Origin: the human T2T-CHM13v2.0 reference genome, Homo sapiens
Strand: one strand, 5' to 3'
Assembly: GCF_009914755.1 (NCBI RefSeq)
Contig: NC_060931.1
DNA length: 64,000 bases
Position numbers and translations under genes: made by a program. Below the pieces are notes generated by a model. The model ran no database searches and was not told the DNA's origin. It saw nothing but the letters and a program-made list of their open reading frames with translations. Positions 14,507-29,142 of the stretch are shown here, in pieces. Every line of letters begins with the position of its first letter. The first letter of the stretch is position 1.

Positions 14507-15300
14507 TGTTGTATAAGAAGAAATTTGACTGAGGCCTTTTTCCCTGGTTCCTGGTAGGGAGATGCTAAAACCCTTGGAATTTCTCCAGTGATAGGAGTGT
14601 CTTTGTTATTATGAGACCCTTGGATCGCACCTGAGTTTTTTCTAATGAGGTAACTCATGGTGGCTTCTAGATGGCTTCAAGATGGGGTTGGTCACAAGAA
14701 AGACCAACCATACGATTGAAGGGCTGGGACAGTGGGCCAAGCCTGACTCCTGGAGAGGGGAAGGGGGCTGGAGATGGAATTTAATCGTGTGGCCAATGAT
14801 TTAATTAATTATGCCAACATAATTCAGCCCCAGTAAAACCTCTGGACCCCGAGAGTCAGTGGAGTGTCCTGGTTGATGAAGATATTGATCTGCCCACAGG
14901 GAGAAAGACCCTGGCTCCATAAGGAGAGGGCACGGAAGCTCTGGGTTCAAGGCCCTCCCAGACCTCACCCTATGCATCTCCCCATTTGGCTGTCCCTGAG
15001 TTGTAGTCTTTATAATAAAAGTTTAATAACAAGGGTGGTGCTTTTCTGAATTCTGTGAATGGTTCCAAAGAATTATCAACCTGAGGGGGTTAGGGAAACC
15101 TCTGAATTTGTAGCCAGTTGGTCAGAAGTATGAACGGCCCTGGGAACCCCCTCAACTTCTGGCTGGCATCTGAAGTCGGGACTGTCTTGTGGAGGACTGA
15201 GCTCTTAATTCATGGGGTCTACGCTGACACCAGCCTCCACATAGTTGATGCCAGAACTGAATTGCAGAATTGAATCCAGCCAGTTGGGTTGGTGTCAGAG
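14507..15300. mobile_element. MER21C-like ERVL LTR
   Basis: ctaaaacccttggaatttc, ccaatgatttaattaattatgcc, aataaa at ~15013 and tttgtagccagttggtcagaagt are MER21-family hallmarks. Confidence 0.75.
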
Positions 15301-18300
15301 CACCACCTTTTCTTTACCCTTTTTGTACTCCTTCTCAGGAGTGGAAACCCTGTGACTGAATGAAGCTAAAATTCTAGTACACAGGGCTGGTAAGGCTGGA
15401 TTAAAATCAACTTGTTTTCCAAAGCCTTCCTTTTGGCTCAGTGTTAAATCTACTTGATTTAGGATAGCCTCAGAATGCATTTCAAAAAAGTTGGAATCAT
15501 CACCCTGTTGGAAGCTGCCGGGTGTTCAGCTGGAACAGTGGGAAATCATATTACCTTGTCTAAAACTGCAGAGCTAGTGAAGAAACCCTGGGTCAAGGGA
15601 ATCCAAGGAAAGTCTGTTCCTTGACCTTCGGTCTTGCAGGTCAGCAGAATGTTCTTCTCCCCTTTGCCTTGAAGGCTCTGAGAGAGTGTTGTTACTGTCC
15701 TGTAGATGAGGCAGAGGTGGGTGAGAAAGGGTCTGGGCTATTATCTCAATTCAAAAGACACATTTATCTAAGCTCAAAGGGGAAGGAGCTTGGATTGTAT
15801 CTTTGGTTTTTGTTCTTTGCATGAACTTCAGAAGAAATACTTATCATATTTCATGACTTCATCTTTGGACAGATGTGGATCAAATGGAAGGTGTCTCGGG
15901 GACCTGGGTTCATAAAGCAGTGAGTTTCTGAAGAGCATCAGGGCTAAGAATGGCTGAGCAATAAATCTGTAACTTACAGTCACCCCAGAGAGCCTGAGAT
16001 ATCCAAGGCATGAGAGAAAGAAGTCTCTTATTTAGGAGAATATAGCCAATCCTTGAGCTATGACATACACACTGGGCTTTTTTGTTTGTTCTTCAGCCAA
16101 TACAATTTTTCTTGCCTACCCAGTTTGCTGCTTAATAAAAAATTCTCTCTGGGCAATGCATCTAGGTATATTTTGGATAAATATTTGGGGGCGTCAGAAT
16201 CATCTTCAAATGAAAATGTAAGCATTTCTTGTCTTGGCTCACTGGGGATAGCAGCCACAGCCTTCTTATCTTGGTAGTAAGTGAGGCAGCTCAGTTCCTT
16301 TTCTTCTTCCCCCAGGGCCCTGGCCTGTCTCCAGCTCTGCGCCTCAGCGGGGGAGGAAGAGAAGGGAGGTAGCTGGCTGCTTGTCTCCAAACAGCAACGG
16401 AATGCCTTGGCCTGGCTGTTCAGTAATCCCCTGCCAGCTGGCTGCCTCCCTTTCCTCTGGGAACTCAGTGAATCACACCTCCGCAGCGCGTTTGGCTCTT
16501 GCAAGCCCTGAAGGGCTGGAGGCTTGTGCCTGCCAGCTCCGAGGAGCTGCAGCCCAACTTCTGAGCATGGATCATGTCGGGACCCTGGAATTTCTGAGCA
16601 CAGGAGGCTTTCCAGCTGCAGGGGAAGAACACTCATCTGGAGGCACTGCAGGATTCAAAGTGGGTTGGGCTGTTCACAGGGAGGGGGCGAGCGCTTTTTC
16701 TTTCCCCATCTTTTCTTAGGGACCCTTCCAGGAGCAGAGGTTTTTGCGTGTAGGGAAGCAAAGTAGGAGAAGAGTGCTTAGTCCTCTTCCTGTATCTGCT
16801 CCATGATGACCTCAGATAAGGTAAACCTTGCATATGCTCTCCAGCCATCAGTCAGGGCATGAGCAGAGCCCCAGGACGGTTGCACCATGTCCCACGTATG
16901 ACCAAATGCGTATTTGGAGTTTTTATTTCAATAGTTCAGGAACAGGCATACAGAAGGGAGGTAACTGCTGAGATGTCCCTTCTACCGCTGGCGTAGAAGC
17001 ATGCATTCTAAAACTGGATCTTTTTCAAAGGTAGGGATGTGATCAGGTTTTAGCTTCTTCCAATTGGAGTGACTAGAGGGTCTTTCTTTAGATGGGGTAG
17101 GAGGACAAAGGCCGAAGCGGCGCAGGAAGAGAGCAAAGCCAATCCATCCATGCACATTCTCCTATCCAGGCATGCTAAATTCTTCCTGAAGTTAACAGCA
17201 AGCCTCGGTTCCAAACGGAGGGCCCCAGGGTGAGGCTGGCCAGCTCTTCGGCACTGCAGTGCTCCTTCTAGTCGGGTTAGCAGACTTGCCAGGCCACTTC
17301 TCAGCCACAGGCTGGGAAGTCTCAAGTAGGAGAAGGGAAACCAGGAGCAAGAGGGAAGTGTGAGCTGAGCCCCACAGAGCCGCGGCAGGGTGGGAAGTCG
17401 AGGTACCTGTGAGGAAATTAACCTGGTACTTCATTACAATATTCCTGTAGAGTGAAAGGAAAAAAACTAGGTCCATGCCCTGCTCACGGGGAATTCCACA
17501 TACAGTTCCCTCCTTACTTGGTGAAGAGCTGGTGATGGCAAGTCCTGCTTCTTGGCCCCAGTTCTCCCCAGCATCCCACCTCTGTGGTCACGGTCTTCCT
17601 TTGCAGGGGTCAGGCTGGAACCGGCCTCCTGGGGGCTGGGAGGAAGCTGAGGGAAGAGTGCATCATTCCTGACCTCTGCAGCCCCTCCCTTGCCCACTCT
17701 CCTGCTTTCTTCCTGCAGGGAGGGAGGAGGAACTTGCAGAATGGGAGGGGGGTCTGGCCGCTTGAGGAACCCAGCAGCAGGGCAGCTGTGGGCCCCATGA
17801 GAGTCCGAGGGCACCCCAACCACCTCCAGTCCTTCTCCAGCACCCTCCTTGCATGCCACTCCTGTCATTGCCAAAGGGTGTTTTACAGAATTATTTTTCC
17901 TGAAAAGATCAAAATAATCTCCCCCCACCACCCCTGAGGCTTGCCCCCAGTCTATTCAACCCAGGTCCTGGAGGAACTCAGCAGTGGGCAGTGAAGCATG
18001 ATCCTCGGGCTGATTCACGGGGTACTTCATGCTTCCTGCTCTACCTTCCAACCGCTTCTTCACTCCCCATTCAGTTCAGAGGCCCAGGTCAGGCTCAGCG
18101 GCCTTCCTGACACATTGCCAGATGGTCTTGTCTTCACAGGTCTAAGTCACCTTTGCATTCTCTGGGTTGCTTGACCTATGGCCATTCCAGCACATCAATC
18201 GGAGCTTCCCCTGGTCCTTACCCTTTGCCTCATCACTCAGGACAGGTATCTATCTCATGGGTCAAGGGAGTTGCCATGCCGGCTCTGTTCACTAGAACAT

Positions 18301-18699
18301 CTACCTTGTCCATGCTGCTGCCTCTTTCCTACTGGCCAAGTAGCACAGCCAAGCCTCTTGCATGGAGGAGGAGAGAGAGAGGAAGAAAGAGGAACAGTTA
18401 CAAGAAAAGTTCAACCTTTCCTCCTCTCCACCCCTTCTTGATCCACTATCTCTTTCCTTTCCTTGGGAAATAATGTCTTTCATACTCTCCAAGGTATGCA
18501 TTTTTTTTTTCCAATTTGGTAACTACTAAAATTGGAGCTTGCCTGTTAGAGGATGAAAAGCACCATGTCATAGTTTAATGGACAGTGCGTGTTCTTTCTT
18601 AGTGGGAACATGGAGTACCATGTGTCTTACTGTGGAAGGCGTCTCAGAGGGGGTGAAATGCAGTATGTGGCTTAAAAGAGGCCACTGCATTCCCCTTTT

Positions 18700-19560
18700 C
18701 TCATGTGCCACTTAATTCTCATCTGTTGTGTTCTAGTTTCTCTTCCCAACCACGCCACTGAAAAATACTTCCCTGCGGTCATCCAGGGTCTCCTAACTCT
18801 TAAAACCTGTCTTTTCCTGTCCATGTTTTACTTGATCTGGATGTTGTTTTTGATAGTATTAGCCTTCTAGAATCGGCCTCCGTGTTTCTAGAGCACACCC
18901 TCTCTGCTGCCTCTCCCACCCTCCCTTCCCTTCCCCTCCCCTCCCCTCCTCCCTTTCTTATGCAGGCCTTCTTGTCTCTTGGTCCCTGGGGCCAGTGATC
19001 CTCAAGATTTCTTCCTCAGTCCTCTACTCCTGCTACCCCTGTGCCTGGCAATGACACTCTTACCCTTTCTTCACCTGTCACCTGCAGACTAAAGGCTGCT
19101 GAGTCTGGGCGTGTACTGGGATCTCTCTCTGGGCCCCTGCCTGCAGAATATCTCTACTTGTATTTTCATTCCATAAACCAGGGGTTCTCAGTCTGCAGCG
19201 ATGTCTCCCCACTTCCCCGTGTTGTCTGCAGATGTTTTTAGCTGTCACCACGTGGGGGAATGCTACTGGTATCTAGTGGGTACCGGCCAGGGACACCACT
19301 AAACATTCTATAGTACTTAAGACAGTGCCCTACAACAAAGAATTATCCAGCCCCAAATGCCAGTAGTAGAATGTCTAAGAAGCCCCACGATAGGCACTTC
19401 AGATGGACAGTGCCCCAAGCTGAACTTCCCCTTGAACATCTTCCATTATGAGTTGCCATTGCATCCTGTTTCCCTGTCTGCCTCTCCCACTGGGCTGGGA
19501 GCTCATGGATATGAACTGTGTTTTATTCATCTCCTCATCTCCAGTCCCTATAAGAGAATA
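18700..19560. mobile_element. L2 fragment interrupted by MER20
   Basis: Pyrimidine-rich L2 ORF2/3' remnant on both sides of the MER20. Confidence 0.5.
19179..19388 (+). mobile_element. MER20 hAT-Charlie MITE
   Basis: caggggttctca...tgctactggtatctagtgggta..ggccaggga...acaacaaagaattatccagccccaaatg. Confidence 0.85.
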
Positions 19561-21289
19561 TGAATGGAATATTAGATACTCAGGCAGCAAGGTTGAATTA
19601 ATGGAACATGTCATCACTGCCCTATGTCCCAGACAGTGCAAGGTCTCTGAAGGCAGGGGTCATGATAACCTACCACTGGGTGCTGAGGAAAGGTGGAAGC
19701 AGTGTGTGACATTTGAGATTTGGGGACGGGTGAGAAAAGTTGTAGAATGGAATTTCCATGGCTCTGCTGGGTGAGTGCTGGCCACAAAATGTATGCAAAG
19801 AAAAAAAAGCCTAAAAACAATTTAGACTCTATTACTGTTTTGAAAATTGTCAAGAGCTTGAATAACTAGGTAGAAAAGGCATGAACAAGGTCTATGTTAG
19901 TAAAATGAAATTTTAGAAAGTAAAGGCTAATATGAAAGGAAAGACGTGTTCAGATTATGTTTGGAATAGTAAATGTACTCTAAAGTCAAACCAAAAGGGA
20001 AGACTGCCAAGAAAATAAGTAGAAAACCTGGGAGGGGAAAAAAAAAAAGGACAAATAAGACATTTTGGCAGTAGGTAAATTTTTGCTTCTCATTTTAGCA
20101 TTCTATTATATTCTTGTTTGGGTAAGATATAATGTCTTTACATTCCCAAAATTACTTAAAGGAAATCTTTATGAAATAACAGATTGTAGCTCCACCTTTT
20201 TACCTCAAACTCTGCTTCCTTTGTATTTACTGTGCAAGAGGCATTTTTACAAACAAAGCTGTGAGCCCCATCCACCCCCAGCTCATGTGGATTGAAGGAG
20301 TGCACATCACCCACCTCGTTCCTGGGGGTGTCCCTTCCCTAAGTTTCCTTTCTCTTAGCCTCATTTCTCTCATTTCTTTTATTTTGATTTGGTACATGGC
20401 ATGTCTCTTTGTGAGCTGACAGTTTATACCTGAGGCAGGGCATAAATTCATATTTTCCTTATTTTTTTCTGGATTCATTTGGATACCTTATATAAGGGAT
20501 CTAGTTACAAAAGCAAAGCATCTTGGATTGGATGGGGGGAAATTCTCCCCGAGAATCAGGAAAGCATGAAGCATCCCTATGGCCAAAGAAACCCTGCTGG
20601 AGGACAGGGAACATACACCCCCCACAGGATATAAGGCCTGGGGAACACATGCTGTTGTACCTGTGTGTGTATACATGCATGTGTCCATCCTTGTAGCCTT
20701 GAGATACCCACAGCCAGGACTCCTGCCCTTCCCAGAAACAATTATCCTCAGCTGATGGCTCAAAAGACATGTACTACTACTTAGAAAGAGGAAGGGAAGG
20801 CTTTTGGAGTGGCTTACGGTAATCTGGAGAATAATATTGCACACTGACACAGGAAAAACATGGGAGACAATTTATTCTGGCTGAGGTCAGTTACTAAAAG
20901 CCACATAAAGTAGGCTTCTATCGTGTCAGATTTTCTGTTGACATGTGGTAGGGCATCTCTGAAATGAGAGGATAACATACAAAAGAGGGACAAATTAAGT
21001 TGTTAGACGTTAAACCCCATCACCATCCTTCCTCACTGAATTTAGAAAGCAATAATATAAAGAAACACAATAATTGTTGCAACTGGTGTGCCCCCCGGGT
21101 ACACATCCTCAAAACACCATGAGCATGTATGTATTTGCATCTTATTCTCCAGTTTAGGGCTAAGGAATCTGGATCTCACAGCAAAAGTCCATTCATCTTC
21201 TACGTGAGGGGTCTGGATCCAGCTACAGGCTCTGGATGTTTTCAAAGAAAGCAATCTTTCCATTCAACTATGCATTTAATAAACAACCC

Positions 21290-24200
21290 AATAAAAATTT
21301 CCATACAAAGAATTTTTTATTGACATTGTAAGAAACATTTTTTTTTCTTTGTTACAAAAGGACTAAGTGGTTCTGAAAGCAAAGGTAGAGTTCATCTGTG
21401 GCTGGGCTGCAGCCCCTGGGCTTGAGGTGGGCGTGATCACGGGGAATGCAGGCTTGTCCGAGGAACGCCTGGGCCAGTCACATCTGAACGCTATGCCTAC
21501 AATACTTAAATGTATTTACATGTGTTTCTTTTAAAAAAAGGATTACACATTTTATTTTTTAAAAAAATCTAAAAAAGGTGAAAAAAATGAACTTGTATTT
21601 TATTTTACATGTCTGCAGGATACACAAGGGTAACTTGTCAGAAGAGAACATCCTCCTATCAGTTCAAAACAACATATGAAACCAGGATACAAGACAGCCT
21701 CGACTCTGCTACCACCGTGCGCTCTCTGGCTGGTGCACACACAGCCTTGGAGTGCTGATTGGGCAACACCAACTGGTCCCTCTCATTGACAAGATTAACA
21801 TAAAATAAGGCACATACATCGCAAGAATCAAAACTTTGTGGCTCAAGAGGAAGAGCCAATGTGTGAGGAGTTGGGAGGGGTTAACTTTTTCAGAAAAATA
21901 AAACAAAAATGGTTAGAAAACGTTTAACACAGACATTAAGCAGGAGTAGAATGTGTGAGCCTGCATGTTTTAGAAAAGGCAGGATGGTGACACTAGTGAG
22001 GCGGTCCTCTCGCTCTAAAATGCATAGGTTAGAGAAATGGAGAGAGGCTTGGAGGCTGGGGGTGAGTCTCAAGATATGAGATGCCTAGCCTACAGAGATC
22101 CCAAAAGGATGTCCCAAAAAGATGCTTCTAAGTGACCTCAAAAGACCTTCCTTCCACTGGACTGCCACAACAGATCACTGAAATTCTGGAGGAGTATACT
22201 TTCTTCTTCCTCCCTCCTCTCCTCTGTCCTTCTGAAATTTCCATATTGAGAGAAGCCAAACATTGAGCTGAAACTTGCATCTCCTGCAAATCTAAAAGCA
22301 GTAGAAAGGAAAGCAAATATAAAAAAAAAAAGAAATAAAAGAAGAATAGGGGAAACCCAGAAAATAACCTGAAACCATAGGAAAGAGCAGAAGCACAAGA
22401 CAACAACAGTGGTGGGCCGGATCACTGTGCATCCCTCCAGGAAGGACAAAGCTGATACAGGAAATAATGGTAACTGAGAAATGGAGGTTGCATCCGAGAA
22501 TACTACTGGAAGAGCCCTCTGATGGAGGAGGTCAGCATGGTCCCTTCCACCCAAGCTCCTTTCTTAGGAGGAGTGGAGAACACTCAGGCCCCATGCTTTG
22601 AAAACAAGAGTTGGAAAGGGATTGAACCAAACCATTAGAGCACACAAGATAAGACTGGAGATTTGGAGATTTGTGGAAAAGTGAGACTGGATCTCTGATT
22701 CTGTGACAACATTATGCCTTGTTTCAGAAACACAGAGAAAGTCTTGCTTTTTCAACTGAAAAGTGGTAGAGCCTCTACTTTCCTATGCTCAGATCAGTAG
22801 TTCTCTTTTGTTATGGGGCTGTTCCAAAGGAGACACATCCGTTAATTTCAAAGAAGACTTACATGGGGGAGAACAGCAGGCATGGAAGGGGAATTGCAGT
22901 GTCCCTCTGCTTGTCTCAGGAACATCTAGTTGAAAGCAAACCTAATAGTCTTAGCCAAAGTCCCCAGTGGCAAATCAACCTCCATGCGGAGATTCTTGGT
23001 CCAAATGAAAGAACATAAACATGAGAAAAGTGGGCTGGTCTTAACACTCTTTCTATTATCTAACACTTTATTTTACTTGATTTTGTCTTTCTACTGTAAT
23101 TTAAATGGCAAGATTAAAGGGGAAAAGCCACATAATTGAATTATCAATCACTTGCAGTAAATCCAATTCCAGGGGTCAATGGGACAGAATACAGCAGGTA
23201 GCCTGAGGTGTTAATATTTTAACAGTTTATATAATTTTTTAAAGCAATATGCTGGAAAATCCATGTACTCTTTGTGCACACACAGTATGACTTTTATGTG
23301 TATCAAATGCACGTGGGGAGTAGCTGCACTTCAAAAATCTTTAAATGTTTTAATCCAAAACAAAAGTACAGATCCAGTCCACATTAAGGACTAACTGCAT
23401 GTAACATTTAACTTCGTGAATGGATGCAGCATTCAATAGACAGGGTGTGAAAAAAGGCATCCACACAGCTACTAAACATCTTCCCTAGTGCTCTCAAATA
23501 CTAAAAATGGCTGAAGCAATTTATTCCCACTATGTGGGCTTTCTCTTTTACAACTAAGTTTTATAAATCCCTCAAAATAAGGTATTTAGAATGGAAATCC
23601 TCCCTCACTATAGTGGAATTAATAAATGTTACTGATACAGCCGCTTGTGGGGTTGTTTAAATACCTATATACTTAGAGCTATATATAATCAATTCTCAGT
23701 TAAAATGGGAAAGAGATGGAACTAATCAACAAACACAGCAACTCATAAATATTCCCCCAACTAATTCTACCCAATTGCTTCAATCTACCATCTATCTAAC
23801 TTCTTACCAGAACAGATAAAAGTAGCAATGTGGCTGAGTGTCACCAACTGTCCGTCCCTTCTCTCTAACTGCAGTGCGAAACAGCACTGAATGTTCATGA
23901 AGGTAGTGGGAGGAGAGGCAAATGTGATAACTGAGAATCGACCATACAGACATAGCCTCCCCCAAAGCACACTTACAGACATGAAGAGCTGAAAACCAAA
24001 ACTGTGAGCGCCCATTTCATTTATAAGAGCCCCACGTTCCCATTTCTGTTTAACTGTGGAATGCCCTGAACTGAATTGGAGATGGGGGGAACATCAATAT
24101 TCTGTCATCTATGCTACAGTGCACCCACAAAAGTTTCTTAAACTAGCTATCCATATTCTGATTCTTGTGCCCAATGTGGGAATTAAAATAAAAAACAGAA

Positions 24201-24678
24201 ACCAAAACACAAAACAAAACACTGAGCACATGTAAAGGAGAATTTTAAAAGCTGGAAGTGTAACCCCTTGGTCACAAGCACACCAACTCCTATTTCCTTT
24301 GAGCAACAGCAAAACATGTCAAATCCTTTAATTTGACTGCTCTTCTAAAAGAAAGAAGAATATGCACATCACAAATTTACATCGGTTTACTAAAAAGGGG
24401 GCGGGGCTTACAGTTTTTTTTTTTTTTTTTAAAAAGAGGGTGGTTTGAGTGTAACAATACTGATTCAAAACTGAAATGGAAGACAGTTTCTCCCTAGAAT
24501 ACTTTAGGGTTTTTCAGAGTCCTTTTCCATAAAAGGAATATAATTGAAACACATCTCAGTTAGGTGAGATGAGATTGCTAAAATACATACAGAACTAAAA
24601 AAACAGCCAAAACAAAGTCAGTTTAATCTCTTCAACTCCTATTGATTTCCGTTGGTTGCAGTCTTTTTTTCCTAAAGC
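21290..24678 (-). other. GLI3: GLI3 3' UTR (~3.4 kb; 3' end approximate)
   Basis: Continues from the stop codon with no obvious interspersed repeats, is AU-rich distally, and ends shortly after an AATAAA followed by a GU/U-rich tract. Consistent with the known long GLI3 3' UTR. Confidence 0.8.
21316..21321 (-). terminator. Distal polyadenylation signal AATAAA of GLI3
   Basis: Plus-strand tttatt. Upstream UGUA elements and downstream TTTTTATTGGGTTGTTT on the minus strand. Confidence 0.75.
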
Positions 24679-27045
<2,367 letters not shown>

Positions 27046-27051
27046 TTACAC

Positions 27052-27270
27052 CAGGCATGAGCAACCCTTTTCTGTAAAGGGCCAGCTAGGAACTATTTCT
27101 GGTGTCCCAGGCCACATTGCCTGCCTCACAACTACTCAGCTCTGCAGTGTAGCCCCAACACGGCCACAGAGAGCAGTGAGCAAGCAAGCGTGGCGGGGTG
27201 TCCATGAAGCTTCCTTTACAAAAACAGGGGCGGCTGGAGATGGCCGCAGGCTGTAGTTTGCTGATGCCTG
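27052..27270 (+). mobile_element. MER58A hAT MITE, ~60 nt from the exon-15 acceptor
   Basis: TIRs caggcatgagcaa / ttgctgatgcctg; internal ttttctgtaaagggccag, actactcagctctgc, tttacaaaaacagg; 8-bp TSD acttacac/gcttaaac (6/8). Confidence 0.85.
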
Positions 27271-27892
27271 GCTTAAACAAAACAATAACAACTCCCTCGA
27301 TTCACTGAAGCCCCTCCCCAAGCGCTGTGCAAGGACAAAAAGAATCTTGTGATGGTACACAACGCTTGAGTTCCAGGCAAGTCCCCAGGCAAAGGTACTC
27401 CACGAGTTTCACATTCACGCTCAGGGCGTCCTGTTCATGCCACATCCTACCAACAGGTAACACCTGTGTTGGTGCAGGCAAGAGCTTCACCCCTTAGGTG
27501 CTCTCAGAAGTGTAATCTCAGAAGTGCAAACTGACCTGGGGACTGACAGTGGGGAGGGATTTCTGACTTTCCTTGAACTGGGTAAATATAAATAAAAGTG
27601 GCTGCTAACCTCGTGGTTTTAAATTTTGGAAACCAGAGACAGAGTTCCAACCACAGATGCCTCCACTGCTGGCATTCCCTTACCCTAATCTAACAGTTAT
27701 GATTTCACCATCAGAATATGAGTCATGCACAGTCACATTTTTTTTCTCAATATTATCCTGTTCCTAGCTGTTTTTAAAATATGGACAATCCCAAAAGGCA
27801 ACTTGAATGGGCTAAACATTAACGGATGGTTACAGCGTCATTTTAGGACTGGTGGAGAAACTAGCAAACATAAAACTGAGGGCCTGCATTTA

Positions 27893-28282
<390 letters not shown>

Positions 28283-28564
28283 TCAAGTGGAAAGGAAAGA
28301 AATGTCACCAGGGAGGGTCAAGGAAAGGGAGCCAATAATGAGAGCTCATGCATATCGAGATCTTCAAGATCATCAGTTGGTTGAATGAGAAGAAAAACTA
28401 TGTTCTGGTGAATGGAGCTGGCCACTTTTGGCCAGAATGACGGATGGACCACCAGGCTGATGGGCAACAGGAGGCAATGGAAAGCAGAGAATGCTAGCTG
28501 CAGTGTGACTGGCATGGTATCAGCCATGGAATCCTGCCCCAATCGCCAACTCTGCAGACATACT

Positions 28565-28770
28565 TCCTCGGTTCCAATCCCATCTCCACCACTTTATTCT
28601 TTGGGCACATTACTTAGCCACTCTAAACCTCAGTTTCCTTATCTATAAAACAGGGACCATTTATTTCAGGGATTGTTGTGAGGAATTAAGTGTGAAGCCC
28701 AGAGAGCACACAAGTATAAAAAGACCTGGATAATAGCAATTGGTTCACAGGATGTTAGCAATTATTATGA
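28565..28770 (+). mobile_element. MIR
   Basis: ggttccaatccc...ctctaaacctcagtttccttatctataaaa...gattgttgtgagga. Confidence 0.7.
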
Positions 28771-29017
28771 TCCCGGGTGGTTTTAGTCTTGAGGTTCATT
28801 TTGCTCAGCTGAAACATAAATGTAAGATATGCGCCATCAGCACACATTACCTCCTCCAACAAGAGCCCCTCTAGGCTGTTCAGGGCTGGTTAGCCAAGCT
28901 CTTTGTAACCTCTCCTCCCTCCTTCCACATTTTCTTGCTTTTGTAGAACCTCAACCAAGGTGTCAGTAAAAGCAGTTGAGAGAGGTAAAACTTCAATCAC
29001 TTAGCTTGTGCTATACC

Positions 29018-29058
29018 AAGAAAGAAAGAAAGAAAGAAGAAAGAAAGAAAGAAAGAAA

Positions 29059-29095
<37 letters not shown>

Positions 29096-29099
29096 AGGA

Positions 29100-29142
<43 letters not shown>
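29018..29142. repeat. Compound (GAAA)n tetranucleotide microsatellite, ~125-bp pure purine tract
   Basis: Direct reading; GAA and GAAG interruptions. Confidence 0.97.

Noticed and set aside
16058-16636. 192-aa minus-strand ORF downstream of GLI3
   Set aside because: No recognisable motif or exon context. Compatible with chance in GC-richer intergenic DNA; would need Ribo-seq/PhyloCSF support.
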